NCBI RefSeq assembly: GCF_006345805.1 | Contig: NW_021832835.1 | Span: 34,483 to 98,482 of the forward strand | Origin: Octopus sinensis | Lineage: Eukaryota | Reading direction: 5' to 3' | DNA length: 64,000 bases | Shown here: positions 63,785-64,000 of the stretch, piece after piece | How the letters are laid out: every line of letters begins with the position of its first letter | Numbering within the stretch: the first letter of the stretch is position 1 | Notes under the pieces: model-generated | What the model was told of the DNA's origin: nothing | Seen by the model: only the letters and a program-made list of their open reading frames with translations | The model's database searches: none | Made by a program: the position numbers and the translations under genes

Positions 63785-63990
63785 GTCAGTCGCCACGATA
63801 GATCGTTAGCCACTACACACATTTTTTCTCTCCTTTTTCTCTCCTTGTTTTTTCTATGCCCCTTTCTGTAGAAGAGCGTAGTCTCGAAACGTAAAAGACT
63901 GTTTCTATTCCTGAGCGTTATACTAATACATCTCTTTGCTTTGTACACCACCTATCTTTGTCCTTTGTTTTTTTCGTAAACTCTCCCTAT
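63785..63990 (+). mobile_element. Family D copy (hammerhead-like motif 63862-63897)
   Basis: Reverse complement of the 35780 and 60893 copies; ends ctccctatatat. Confidence 0.8.
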
Positions 63991-64000
63991 ATATGTATAT

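Overview
Repeat-saturated, AT-rich eukaryotic DNA with no confidently identifiable host gene, so probably a gene desert or a very large intron. I recognise the SINE families as octopus-type, so the source is most likely an Octopus genome; this is my inference, not a database result. Almost every long ORF in the track is translated microsatellite. The real coding signal comes from decayed transposons: HERO-clade, R4/Dong-clade (several ages), Tx1/L1, two RTE LINEs, a Penelope-like GIY-YIG fragment, a mariner transposase and a LINE 5' fragment with a 2A/StopGo motif (GDIETNPGP). There are also many tRNA-headed SINEs, a canonical non-autonomous Helitron, a MITE with 31-bp TIRs and an 8-bp TSD, and a mariner MITE. 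The most interesting layer is RNA structure. (i) Two type-I hammerhead ribozymes have intact cores and palindromic, dimer-type helix III (49243-49335, and 22490-22535 inside a tRNA-headed SINE). (ii) A four-copy family carries a minimal hammerhead with a shared A6->U core variant. (iii) About a dozen long fold-back palindromes occur, four with their apex at or just upstream of a hammerhead 3' half. One low-confidence signal-peptide exon candidate lies at 56924-57041 (-). Coordinates of decayed elements are approximate; those of TIRs, TSDs, palindromes and ribozyme cores were counted base by base.
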